This document shows positions 50,213 through 62,496 of a stretch of DNA of 64,000 nt, in pieces (the first letter of the stretch is position 1; every line of letters starts with the position of its first letter). Made by a program: the position numbers and the translations under genes. The notes under the pieces are model-generated. The model had not been told where the DNA came from. It made no database searches and saw only the letters and a list, made by a program, of their open reading frames with translations. Source of the stretch: Oikopleura dioica (lineage: Eukaryota; Animalia; Chordata); contig OU015568.1 in the NCBI GenBank assembly GCA_907165135.1, positions 4,030,001 through 4,094,000 of the forward strand. Direction: 5' to 3'.

Positions 50213-53200
50213 GTCACGTGCATTTCCTTGAATGAGAAATTTTCAAAAAAGAACAAAGTTATTTGAACAAAAGAGCGAAAATGTTAACCGGAAAGGAAAA
50301 TTTCCGAAATTTGGCGGTGAATTCGCAAGCTTTACAAATTTCAACAAATGCTAATGGTCAGGAAATGGGGCATCTTATGGGGGTCACGTGATCGATAAAT
50401 AAATTTTCCTTGATAAAAAAGTCTTTCTCTTTTGCTTCATTTCGTTGCCATAATCCCGAAATGACCCGGATGCACTTACTCTAAAGAGCGAAAACTCGGA
50501 AAAACTCCTTCGAGAAAAACTGATTACCAGTGGTGCCGATGTCCATCATGCTCTATAATTTGGTCTCGGTTACCGACCGCTTTTGGTTTCTCACGGTCAC
50601 GTGCTCCTTCCGGAACCGCCAGAGCCGGAAATTCGCTTCCGCCTTTCGATTTTCAGCCCGTCGTCTTTTTGGCTCTAGAAAATTGTGTTTTTGACCGCTT
50701 AGATAGGCAGATAAGATGATCGGATAAATTTCACAGAAAAAAAAAGAAGATTTCAAAAACCATATTTATATTTTTTGAGTTAGCCATTCGGTTTTTCAAA
50801 GATTTCAGTAAGATGATAAAAATATTTTAGAAATATAAATATTTCCATTGATGAATTTATGGGCATAAAATAACTAAGAATCAATTATATCTAAAAAAGC
50901 CAAGTTAGCTGATTCAGGTTCAGTGGGTTAAGTTAGGTGCTTGTCAACATTAGTTGAAGTGTACTTTTGAAAGAGGCTTTCTTTCCCAGGGCTGCTCAGG
51001 TGATCGGACCGTGTATCGAGCGAGAAGGGTACTCAGTCTTACGCCTCGAGTTCAAGTATCAGCCGATTGTTTCGAGCACCTCTTGTCCGTTTCCGCTTTC
51101 CAACACTCTTTTGCTTTCCCGCGTTTTTTTTTCCGAACAATTAACATGTGTCTTTCACCATCAGCTTGATCATTTTGTGTCTCAATGTTTTTTAATTCTG
51201 TTTTTTATTTTATCATTTTTTTAATCGTCTTAAAAAAATTTTTTTTAAGAAGAAAAAAGACGTTTCGGAAAAGGTTTGTTGTTTGATTTTGATAATTTGG
51301 GGCAATTTCCGCTTCAGAAATATTTCCAAATTATCCAAAAGTGTGCTTCGCTGTGTGGTGCCGCGTCATTTTCAAATACCCCACGTGATCATCAATCAAA
51401 CTTCCTAGATTTTTGTCGACGAGAAAAAGAAGGTCGGTATCGATCTACTTTCATACCAACTTTGTTCAAATTTTTGACTGGCAATCAACAATCTTCGGTT
51501 CATTTTCCGATGTTTTCTGGACAATCTTGGTCACGTGAGAAGATTTCTAGCCGACAATCTGAGCAAAACCGTCGTCTGAGAAGCAGGAAGAGTTCGGAAA
51601 TGCTTACAAATCCATTAACAGTTATAAAAAGTGCTATCACTGGCGAGAAAGTCAAACCCAGGCGTCTTCTTGACGCCGCCAAGACTGGTTGATAAAGAAA
51701 AAACTAGCTGAAAACAATGCTCTACAAAAGCTATTTATAATTTAACACCGGCTGAGTTTTCCCCCTCGGATTTGTATTTTTTTACCTTTAGCAATTTGCG
51801 TCACGCGTTCCGGCTCTGCCCTGTCGAGTATGAAAAATTGTAGCGGAAATTGATAACTTTATATTTTTTCTTACTTTTGGGAGAATCACTTTAATAACTA
51901 ATAGTTATATCCGGCTGCGGAGCGGAAAATTAACGCCAAGAAGAATTTCAGTTTCAAAATACAGAAAATTGAATTTGAGATTGTCTATCTCAGATCGTGC
52001 ATCTGACCACTGACTAAGGGTATCCAAGGGTTACCCTTAGGCGGCCTAAGATTGGCCTTTTTGTAAAGGGTTACCCTTAAGTTCGAGTTAAGAATCGGAT
52101 TTGCAGCTTGTTTTTTATTGATTTTGACCCTGACTCAGGCTTTCTACACAGGTTTCTACACAGGTAGTTTGTATATGGAAAAGTATTAAGCCAAGAACAA
52201 CAAATCAACTTAATGGGCGTACGCTTAATCGTCCATAAAATAAAGCAAATAATTAATAAGGGCGGTGAGTGTCGGAAATTACGAGCTGCTCAATATTTTG
52301 AGCAAACTGGTGCAAGTGCCATAAGAGGCGCGGAAATCAAGCGCGCATTATTTTTTTAAAAACGCCCTTTATAGGACCGCTAAATGAGTATGTATCTTAC
52401 TTATCGTCTTTTTCTTGGCAAGAATGAGGATAGAATTATGGAGCAAAATATATTTACACTGCGTTTTCGGAACTTCCGAGTGGCCGCGCTTTGAAGCAGG
52501 AGAAAATAAGGGTACTCTCTCACGTTCCTTTACTTTCTTTAGCAGGATTTGCATTTTCCAAAATTCCTGAAAATTTACCGTTTTGTTAGTTTATTTTTCC
52601 TGCGATCATTTTGTTGAGAATTACCGGACTCGGACGCCCTTCAATTAGAATGAGTTTGGACGCATCCGCTTGCGCTTCCGATGAATTGATCAATCAACTT
52701 GACGAGTGAAAATTTATACAAATTTCGAGCAACCAATCTCCGCTTTAAATTTGCTTGATTTAGGGGGCGTCGCTTATTCAGTAGCCTTTATATTGCTATT
52801 CTCTCGTTGATTGTCATTGAGAATATTCGAGATTATATCATGGTCTATTTTCGGATAATTACCAATGTCTCCATTTCTTGAAAATAACATTCTTTTTAAG
52901 ATAAATTATTTAGATAAATGTGGCGTGATAAATTTAGTAAAACAAATTCTCATCTTCTTTTCAATGAAGTAGACAATTTGATAGAAATCGGTAAGGCGGG
53001 TTCTTTTTCCGTCAAAACTACAAAATTGCCGCTTTTTGTCGCTCGAATAATCACCAGAATGGTCTTCTCGGTCCTTAACTCGAAAGAAATCAGTGTACTA
53101 AACCTGTGTCAGGGTTCTGAAAATGATTTGATAAAAGCCGCTCTTTCCTTCGTTCAAATCCATTCCAGTATCCTGAATCAGGTTTTCTACAAAGGCACCT

Positions 53201-56200
53201 GCCGAGCTCAGGTCCTGAGTAAGGATTCCTGAGTCAGGATTCCCGACTGTATTTGTTACCTCTCAATAATTCGGGGTTTTTGATTAAAAAAAACCAAAAT
53301 AAAATTAAAAAATAAATCATGAATCGAAATTCCCTTTGAGAAATATAATTGGCAATTATTAATTGCTCTTCATCCTCCTAATCCTTCCTCACGCTCAGAA
53401 CAAGCCGTTAATTCTGTTTCTATCCCAAAGTCAAAAACGACGCAGAAGAGACGCGCGCGAGGAAGTAATGCCGTTCAGGTGCGTTTCTTTCCGCTTTGTA
53501 TTCAAAAACTTCCGGCGTCGCATCCGGCTTCGAGCGAGCGCGCGCGCTCATTGGCTCCTGCGCTCGGGGTGCGGCGCGCCATCGTGCGGCGGCGCTGAAG
53601 GGAGACTCGACGGCCGCCGCGGCCAACGGGAAGAATGAATTGAAAAAATAAAGGCTACAAAACCAAAATCTACAGAGTTTTTTTAATAACATTAAAAACG
53701 AACAAAAAGAAAAGTTTTCCATAGAAAAGCGAGTTTTTCAGAGAGTACCCCCTTCAGCAAATTGACCAGAACAAGCGTCAAGATAAAGGTAAGCCAATAA
53801 AGTAATCAAATAATTTACGATCAGGGCCATATAATCGTAATATAGGATATCCGGTTTGAAAAATTTGCTATCATTTTATTACTCGAGGAATCGTTCTTGA
53901 TAATTATGAGTCAGATTTTTGGGAAATATTTGGCAAGCTGCGGGAAAGATTGTGTTAAAAAGAGCGTTATCGGGAGATTATAAATTTGTGAATGGGGTGA
54001 TTTGTGATTGGGAAAAGATGAATAAGGAAAAAGATGAGTGAAGACAACATTCCTTAGATTCGAATCTGTGTAGTAATGAGAATTTTTGCTGACGGCGTTG
54101 AAAAATGAGTGTTCTTTTATCACTGCTGATGAAAATAAGTTTTTTCTTTTGAGGAATGAATTTTTCATCTGATTTGATAAGGGTGTCTCAATAATAAATT
54201 CTTAGAGAAAAAAGCCTGAAAAACGGCTCTTCTCCTTAAAAAATCTCAAAATAAAAAGTAAATTGAAGAAAAAAACTTTAAATGGAGCCCCTCAGGGCCT
54301 CAAAATCGAATAGGAGGATCAGCTTATCATTATAAACTTGTTTGATTATTTCCCTCGACCCCGGGCGCTGATCTATTCCGGAACTTTCACTTGTCCCCTG
54401 GGAGGCTTAGCTTGTCTTTTTTTAAAGATCCAAAGTTAATGTAAAAGTTTATTCAATGAGCTTATTCTGTATTCAGCATTAAAAAGAGCCCGCCAATCTG
54501 TCGAGGTCAATTTTCCGCAAAATCATTCGGCTGAGGCGAAATTTCTCGGTCTTTTGCTCCAAAATGGGGGCACCAAATTTGTCAATCTGAAATTAGAACA
54601 TACGAGTTTTGTAAACAGTTGACATGAAGGAAGGGCGGTAGATATTTTCTAGAGCGCAAAATCGGGTTTTGCCTGTTGTCCAGGGCTCGGCACACTGAGT
54701 CAGGGTCCTGAGACAGGGTCTCGAAATAATTTGATGAAAAGCCGCGTGGCGGCTTTTTTATGAATAAAGCCGCAAAGCGGCTTGGCAGGTTTTGAAAAAA
54801 ATATATGAATAAAATTTCTTTTTGAATATTCAAATATAATCTCGCTTATAAGCCCAAATTCTAGCGTGAAAGCATTCGGAAATACCAGTTTAGAAAACAA
54901 AAAGCACAAATTCCCAAATGTGTATGTCTAGACAAACTTATCCGCATTCCATTCTACCCCAAGAACGAAAATACACACACTCATGCGTGTGTATAAAAAA
55001 CAAGCACGTGATAACCATCGGCGCGCGTACAGTGACCCCCAAACCGGAAGCGAATCCCTTAATCGCTCCTGAAATCGCAAATCCCCTTTCGAAAGAACTC
55101 CACTAGATTTTTGGGCGGTGAGAGAATTGGATAATTGCCCACAATAAATGTTAAACTACGTGTACCCTTAATCCGAGCTTGGTTAAAAATTGTGTACTCG
55201 CAGCTTTCCGCTGGGCCCACGAGAGCCGGAAGTAGAAGAGCCCCAAGGCGCGTGCCAGCCGAAGGCTAGACATGCCAAATGTGTCTGCGGGATTAAAAGA
55301 TCATTCTATACGTACGTAAATGAATCTTCGAAAAGATCACCTCGGTAAAAAGTGCAAATAATGTTGCACCCTTAGAGTAACATGAAAATTTCATAAAATT
55401 TCCAAAGATCAACTGAAATTCTTGAATTTTTTTACGATGAAACTTGAGAAACTGCTTGCGGCTTCGAGCTGAATTGAAAAAAAAGCCGCGGGAGGCGCGG
55501 CTATTTTTATAATCTTAATCGAAATCATTTGTTTTTAAAAAATGATACCCTTATTTTTTTAAGGAGTTTTCTTAGATAAAATACTTTTCTCTGAATAATA
55601 ATTCTCTAAAAATGATTTTGTGATGTTTCTTTTACTAACAAAAAAGCGTGAAAACAGCAAAGACGTGATTTGCCTTTGCTTTTTCAAAATCAAACAGGCC
55701 ACTTCCGGCACGTCCATGCTATTAAGTGGCCAGAAAGGCCAGCGATAGCGCCAAGGCCACCGGAAGTCGTCATTATTCGTAAAATTTTTGATTTGACTCA
55801 TTCACTCGCCAAAAATTTCATTTTACTTGCATACAAAATTTTGATTTTTATAATTTCAAAAAGAGAAAATAAGAAAAGAGAGTCAGAAAATCGAGAAATC
55901 TTTGAAGAAATATATTTAAGATGAATGAATAAAGTAAGTTTATATTTAAAGGGGTACACCTCTCTATTATCAAAAACTTATTTACTGTTTATCTGCCCTA
56001 AATGTTAATCTTATATCAATACAGTTGTAAAACTTTTAATCCCCCGTGTGTTTCGTGCCCAATCTCACCGGCAAAATCGTCAGGTCCCTTCACCCCCCGC
56101 GGGGCAAGCCGACCTCGATTTGATCACCCCCTGCGGCTATTATGGCGACTTGTATACCCTTACCCGGAAACACTGCCCCAGGGTGCCCGCGTAAACAATC

Positions 56201-58064
56201 CCTCAACCCCTCTTCTGTCCCACATACTGAGACACACAGCTTCAATGTACTGTATGAGTACGACCGTCAATCGCCCCAGGGTGAGTTTTTAATTAATGAA
56301 AACAGGTCGAGTTGATGAATGGTGATTTTTCTTGACGTTCTGACAAATTTGACTCGGCAGGGGGCGGAAGCGATTTACATTATATTATTGTTAACCCGTC
56401 GACGCACTGAATGTCAAATCTGACACATTCATCAAGGGTACACTTCCCCCTGAAGAAAATAAGCGGCGATTTCTGAGCTAGGCGTAGTCAAAGATGCGTA
56501 AAAATAGAAAGGATAGAAAAGGATGCATTCTATTTTGAAGTTGTTTCGAGTATTCTTCTCTGAGAAAGTGCACCTGAAAATGAGGAGTACCGTTGCTGCG
56601 CAAAGTCAATCGAGCATGTCGGATCGATGAGACAGTTCCATCGTTCTGCTCCGCGAACGAAACTGACATCGACATTTGTCAAAATTTATTTATCTCCGCA
56701 AATAGTAGTTCACTTATTTTGGCGGTAAAATAACTTTCGCACCTTGTAACGAAATTTCAGAAAAAAAGGACAGTAAACTTGCCAATAAACAAAACTTCCT
56801 TTTTTTATTGCCTCTGGTCCTCGATTGAAGTTCGAAGGGACACTCCTTCTCGCGCGCATCTTTTTTTTTGATCATCAAAGGTACCTTCCGATCAATATTG
56901 AACATTCTCCCAGACACGGAAAAGTGAAAGAGCCCTCAGCGCAATTTCTTCCGTAAATAGCCGGGAAGATGTCTACAATGACTAGTAGTCGGGTCCATCG
57001 ATCACAAGTAGTAATGCCCTTGTCCGACGCATTTATGAGCACATATGGCAGTCGGGGGTTAATTTCCGTGCTCGTTTCCTGATATAAAATTCAAAATCCG
57101 CAGTAAATTCTACTCAACTAGGTTTTAAAATAAATTCGTCACTCAAATTTCGTGATTCAATCTTATCAGAAAGATTGATCAGTTTTCTTATCACCGTCTT
57201 TTCATTGAGTTATAGCGTCTTTTTTTCTTGAAAAAGCAAATAAAGATTTTCGCCTTCTTCAAGGAGCGAAAATTTGATCCCTTCGATCATGTACCGGTTG
57301 ATTATTTCTTCTATTTTTTCACGCATGATTTCGCGAACAAAAGAGCCCGACTTTAGGTGGCTCTGGGGTTGCATAAATTTGCGAACCTGTTTGGGAATTT
57401 TTGGAAAAATAATCCGACCTGCGTGGCCGCTGAACCGGTCCCAGAATTTCGTCACGTGAGCTCGACTTTCACTCGGCACTTGAGCAAGAAACCATACAGG
57501 CCATAAAAGAGGGTGTCCGCATTCTTGGCTTGGGGATAAATTTCGGAAATATGCCGAGAAAGCCGCCATCTTGTGGGGGATTATGATTGTGTAATTTAAA
57601 TATTTGCGCCTTTTATAATAATAGCTGGGTTGGTCCGACCCACCGGGTGGACGCCCTTAAACTTTGGACAAAGAAAAAATAGATAGATATTATTTGATTA
57701 TTTGTGGATTATTTAGCCAGGTGGGGGCGTGAAGGTTACATTCGATAGGAGAATTCGCGATCTGGTTGGGCAAAGATGACAGGAAAACGAATCATTTTCT
57801 TGTTTATAAAACATAATTAATACTCGTGTGTACATGAATTAAGGGCTGGTCTTAGCTAAAATAAAACTGGCATGAAGAAATTGCACTTGTCAATGTTCCG
57901 GACATGGCCCTCGCCATCGGACATGAAGTGGACAAATGAGTGCCCGTGAGGTACTCAATGTCAGTTTCAATAAATAAACTCGAATTAACTCCACTCGAGC
58001 CAATAACAAAATCCTGAAGGCACTTGAATGGGCTTCCAGGGGATTAAGCCACGCGAGTCACGTG
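50213..58064. promoter_or_regulatory. Non-coding region enriched in GTCACGTG E-boxes and CCGGAAG ETS-type sites
   Basis: CACGTG at 50215, 50385, 50598, 51382, 51532, 55005, 57453 and 58059 (six preceded by GT). CCGGAAG(T) at ~55044, 55226, 55701 (reverse) and 55760. Confidence 0.35.
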
Positions 58065-59587
58065 TTCTAAAAAGTGAAGGATTGTTTCTTCGATTCCTAA
58101 TCTCTTCCGACGAGAAAAGATGGAATCATGACCGTGATTTTGTTTTTATTCAAGGGATAAGCGCCCTTTTGGAAAATCAATGGATCTTGTCTACCAGACA
58201 TTTTGTCTGCAAGACAGTTTTGCCAGAATTGTCAAAAAGAAATCGTCTCTATTTGCCAATAATTGTCGATCAAACTCCGAAAATGGAGCCCAACATAGTC
58301 GACTCGATGATTTTCGAGTCGAAAATACCGATACTCTATTATCAAAGTTTAATCGACAAGCTTTGGGCCACCAAAGACGATTTCTAGTCAGCAATCTTGG
58401 AAAAACCACTAATACTAGAAATGAGTAGACGAACTTCCTCTCAATAATGCTCTTCTCGCCCCGAAAACGAGCCCATAAAGTCTGCCGCTCGCGTTGACGA
58501 TTTTCTTGAAAGCCGTTTTTTGACATTTGAAATGGTTTCAATCAGATAGTATTTCCTTTCAAATGTCAGAGATAGGAAGTCCTTCGCGGTGTGGTTCCGC
58601 CGCCCGTTTTACGGCCTTTTCCTTCCTCTTTAAAAATTAGCCATATCTTCGTTCTTACGATTTTCGGCCCACGTCAGAGCCAGTGATCATAACTTTCTCG
58701 AGACAAAAATATTATTTTATGAATGTAAATGCTTCCTGCAGGAAACGTAAAAGGGACAAAAATAAACTTGGACAGAAGAAAAATTGGCAAAATGCTAACT
58801 TTTTGGTACGATAAAAAACTTTTGGCCAGGTTGAATTAAGGGTATCTCCATGATAAAAATAAGGGATCCCCTTCTTTTTCGAGTGATGATAAATTGGAAG
58901 GGTAAAAAGTAGATTTACATATTTTTTGGTTGAATTTCGAACCGGAAGAACGCGCAAAAATTCATCGAGCGTTGCTGGGGCAGAAATGTTTTGCCGAGCG
59001 CGGCTTCCGGAAAAATAATTTCCTTTTTGCGGTTTCCCTGCGTGTTCCTCCTTTTGATTTTCTCAAACAATATTTCGGAAAACAGTACTAGTAAAACAAG
59101 AAAGGGACCACCAGTGAACCTGTGCTTCGAAATTCCTTACTTTTTTTTTGAAAGAGGAAAATATGGGAAGTGCAAATTTGGCTTCAAATTTTCGAGGCGG
59201 GAAAGTGATCTTGTAAAACTTTTTGATCAAAAATGTCTAGCAGACATTGTCTGACAGACAATATTCATTTCCCGGGTGTCGAAAAATCTTACTTCTGTTT
59301 TTTTCAAAAATTAACCTCTTTGGTCAAGAAAGGTCATTTTATGACCCGCTCTAGAATAAAATTGATGGAACTAGAATTTCCATCAATTTTCTGGGAATCC
59401 ATTTCTCCTATCTCGATTTCCCCCTTCCAAAACATCACCGACCTGCATCCGAAATTTATCACTTCCGCTCATCATCACTTGACCCTGAAATTTCCAATGA
59501 TTATCGTTTTCTTGATCGGAAATTCTTGAGATTTTCCTTTCCAAAATCTTTTCGGCTATCATAGGTTAAACTTCTTTCTGATTATTT

Positions 59588-60240
59588 GGGGGTAGGAGAA
59601 TGGCGTTCCTAAAATTAGGAACGGTTCCTAAATTAAGGAACGGTTCCTAAAATTAGGAACGCCATTCTCCGAAAATTTCTTTATCTCATAAATGAAAAAA
59701 AGCTGAAAATTAGGAACCGTTCCTAAAAAAATTTTCTAGAGCCACAATTTTCTTGTCCATTTTTCATATTTTTTTGCCTCAGAAATCAGCAAAAAACGAT
59801 TTGGGTTGTCGAAAAGTCAAAAATCTGTGTTTCTCTAACCCTTTTTTCACAAAAATCATATTAACACTGCTTTGAGAATCATAAAACTATTAAACTCTAA
59901 CATTTCTTAAAGAGAATTCAAGTTTCTTTAAGGTTTTTTTGCATAGAGTCAATTTGCTTGCCGCCAAAGACAAAATAAGCTCTTCGCGCCCGTCTTTTAG
60001 CAAATTCAAGAAATAATTTGCTTGTTTTATGAGAAAAAAAGAGACAATTGCTTCCCCCAACCCTAACCTAAATCCTAACCCCAGCCCAAATTTTAGGAAC
60101 GGTTCCTAATTTTAGGAACGCCATTCTCCACTTTTTTGTTTAAGATTTTCAGCAACGGTTCTTAAAAAATTAGGAACGGTTCCTAAAATTTAGGAACGGT
60201 TCCTAAAAAAAAATTTTAGGAATGCCATTCTCTCATCCCC
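59588..60240. mobile_element. ~650-bp MITE with imperfect TIRs and an 8-bp TSD
   Basis: Left end gggggtaggagaatggcgttcctaaaa; right end reverse complement ggggatgagagaatggcattcctaaaa. Direct repeat gattattt at 59580-59587 and 60241-60248. Multiple ttaggaacggttcctaa quasi-palindromes and a CCCTAA-like tract at ~60060. Confidence 0.9.
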
Positions 60241-60556
60241 GATTATTTCCACCTGTGTAAATACATTTCCCTGCGGCTTGAAATCGGAAATGACTCAAGT
60301 TAAGGGCTTGCAAGTTGAGTATTTGAGTTGTGCACGGATCTCATAATTCACGATCTCGCGCGCTCAAAGGAAACAGGAAACCATGTTTTATGCAGCGTTC
60401 GATATAACCGGAAACAGTCATATTTGCCCTGTGCTATTTGCTCCCGCGTTTAAATAAATTCCAACTCGGGAATTTATTTTTTTTTTTTCACCAAAAATAC
60501 GAAATTTAAAGATATTTTCAAATTTAGTCAAAAATTTTGGTCAAAACTACACACTG

Positions 60557-60878
60557 GTCAAAACGCACAATTCCGGAACTTTTTTTTCAGCGAAAATGGC
60601 AAAATCTCCGGAATTGTGCGGATTTTCGATAAAAAAATTTTTTCCTCTCAAACAAAAAAAATCTGTTTTTATGGGGTCAAGCTCAAAATGGCCTTTTTCG
60701 ACGAGCTCTAAAAATTTTAGACTAATATCGACGAATTATAACAATTACGAATGTTAATAATTAATGAAGACTCCTTTATTTTTTTTTTGTCGAAATTCTC
60801 CGGAATCCGATTCAAAATTTTTTCGGCTCACCCCGAAATCTCCGGAATTGTGCGTTCCGGAATTGTGCGTTTTGACTG
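60557..60878. mobile_element. ~320-bp MITE-like element, possibly Tc1/mariner-derived
   Basis: gtcaaaacgcacaattccggaac at the left is inverted at the right (gttccggaattgtgcgttttgac), followed by tg|ta. Extra internal ccggaattgtgcg copies; the left terminus is degenerate. Confidence 0.65.
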
Positions 60879-62188
60879 TATATTCATTTTTGGCTAAAAA
60901 ATGAGCTTTCCAACCTCGATCAAGCCATCTCCTGTGCCAAAAAAGCGCGAACAAAAAAAAACTCGCAATCTAAACCAAAAATTCGCAGGTCTACTATTCT
61001 TCCCGGGCGTCAATTCCTCCCGAGGTCATAAAGTCCTCCAGTTAGGGTCTCAACATTTTAGGGGAGGAAGTCGCAGAGCGGGGCGATCAAAGACAGACCA
61101 ATAAAGCTTTACTTTCAATTCCAGTTTGAATATTTCTCGCGAGATGGCGCATCGTGTCGCGGCGCTGTCTACCCGACGCGGGAGCAAGAAGAAGCAGCTC
61201 CCGCTGAGGGTCGCCACTAGGGGCTAACCCTCTTTGAACCCAATTTCCGAATTACTCGATCGAGAAATACACTTACTTTTAAAAAGAAAAATTCGTACAG
61301 ACATCTGACTGTAAGGATTAGCACCAAGAGCCAAAACGGAAGCAGTCAGCAGGCCACTTCCGATAACATACTTTTTCATCCTCCCGAGAGGATTAGTCGA
61401 CTCAAAAAGAGATTAAAGCTTTTAAAAATAAAGAAGAATTTGTGACTCAGAGAAATATCACCAAGGTAAAATAAGGAGTTCGCCATTTTATCCATGAAAT
61501 CAGCCTAAGTCCCTTTCACAATTAAAAAATCAATTTTTACCCAAATTTTTGAGTTTGACCAAAAATAGTAATATGACATTTCAATTCCTAAAGTTTACCC
61601 TAACAGTACGTACCTTTCTTTTTTTAACCTAACCCTACCCCTAACCGAGGGCTTTGGGAGTTTACTGAGCCATTTTTGAACTCTGATTTGTTTTCAAATT
61701 TTTGGTCAAATTTTACTTTTCTGGCCAAAAACGGGTGGACTAAAATTTATCATTTTTTCACAAGAAAATAAGAGGATTTATTGAGCGACAGGTGCAAGCG
61801 TGGTTGATTCAATCGCCACGTGTATTCATTGTATTTTACAACTTTCGGAAATGGTCATAAATCCACCTACTTTAACCCGTCCATGTAAAACTACCTGAGG
61901 AGAGGGAATAAACAAAACAGGCTATAAGTTACTTCCTCTTCTTTGTGGAGGAGATATTTTTACCCTTTTTATTGGGCTTTGTTTGAACGAGGGCTATTTC
62001 CGACTCTGAAAAGCTCAAGAATAAATTTATTTATTCCTTTTTTATCCAAAATTAGCATTTAACATCAATGAAACGAGCTTTTCTTAGCTTTAAATTGAAA
62101 AAAAAAATTTTTTCAAACCGGATATTTAAAAAGTTTCTTTCTTTTCACTTATTCACTTGAAATTGCATATTCTAACATTCAGTTCTAG

Positions 62189-62496
62189 CGCGAATCGGAA
62201 TCCGACGAGCTCGAGCGGATCCAGCTTCACGGGAGCGAGACGGACGCGCCAATGTTGGCTGACCACCAAGTCGTCCCTGGATCCGAATCGCGACTCTCTG
62301 ACCTGCTCGTTGGCCTGCCCGGGCAAGCAGTTCCCCTTGATCTTGGCAAAAGGCGTTCAAGGTACCTCCTTGTCTTTAATTCTCCTATCTCATTGCGATA
62401 TTTAGAGCGACAAACTGGATAAATTACCGCGCGGCGTGGCTGGCGAAGGTGCCGCAACGGCCAAAGCCAAAGAACATGTCGAATTCAGCACGCTAG
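62189..62496 (+). CDS. Possible terminal coding exons of an unidentified gene
   Basis: GC-richer segment with acceptor ttctag, an open frame RESESDELERIQLHG...KRRS, a 44-nt GT-AG intron 62362-62405, then ATNWINYRAAW...SAR*. A competing frame (62406-62596) is also open; unresolved. Confidence 0.35.

Noticed and set aside
61211-61228. CTCF-like motif (gtcgccactaggggct)
   Set aside because: One G short of the core consensus and a single occurrence.
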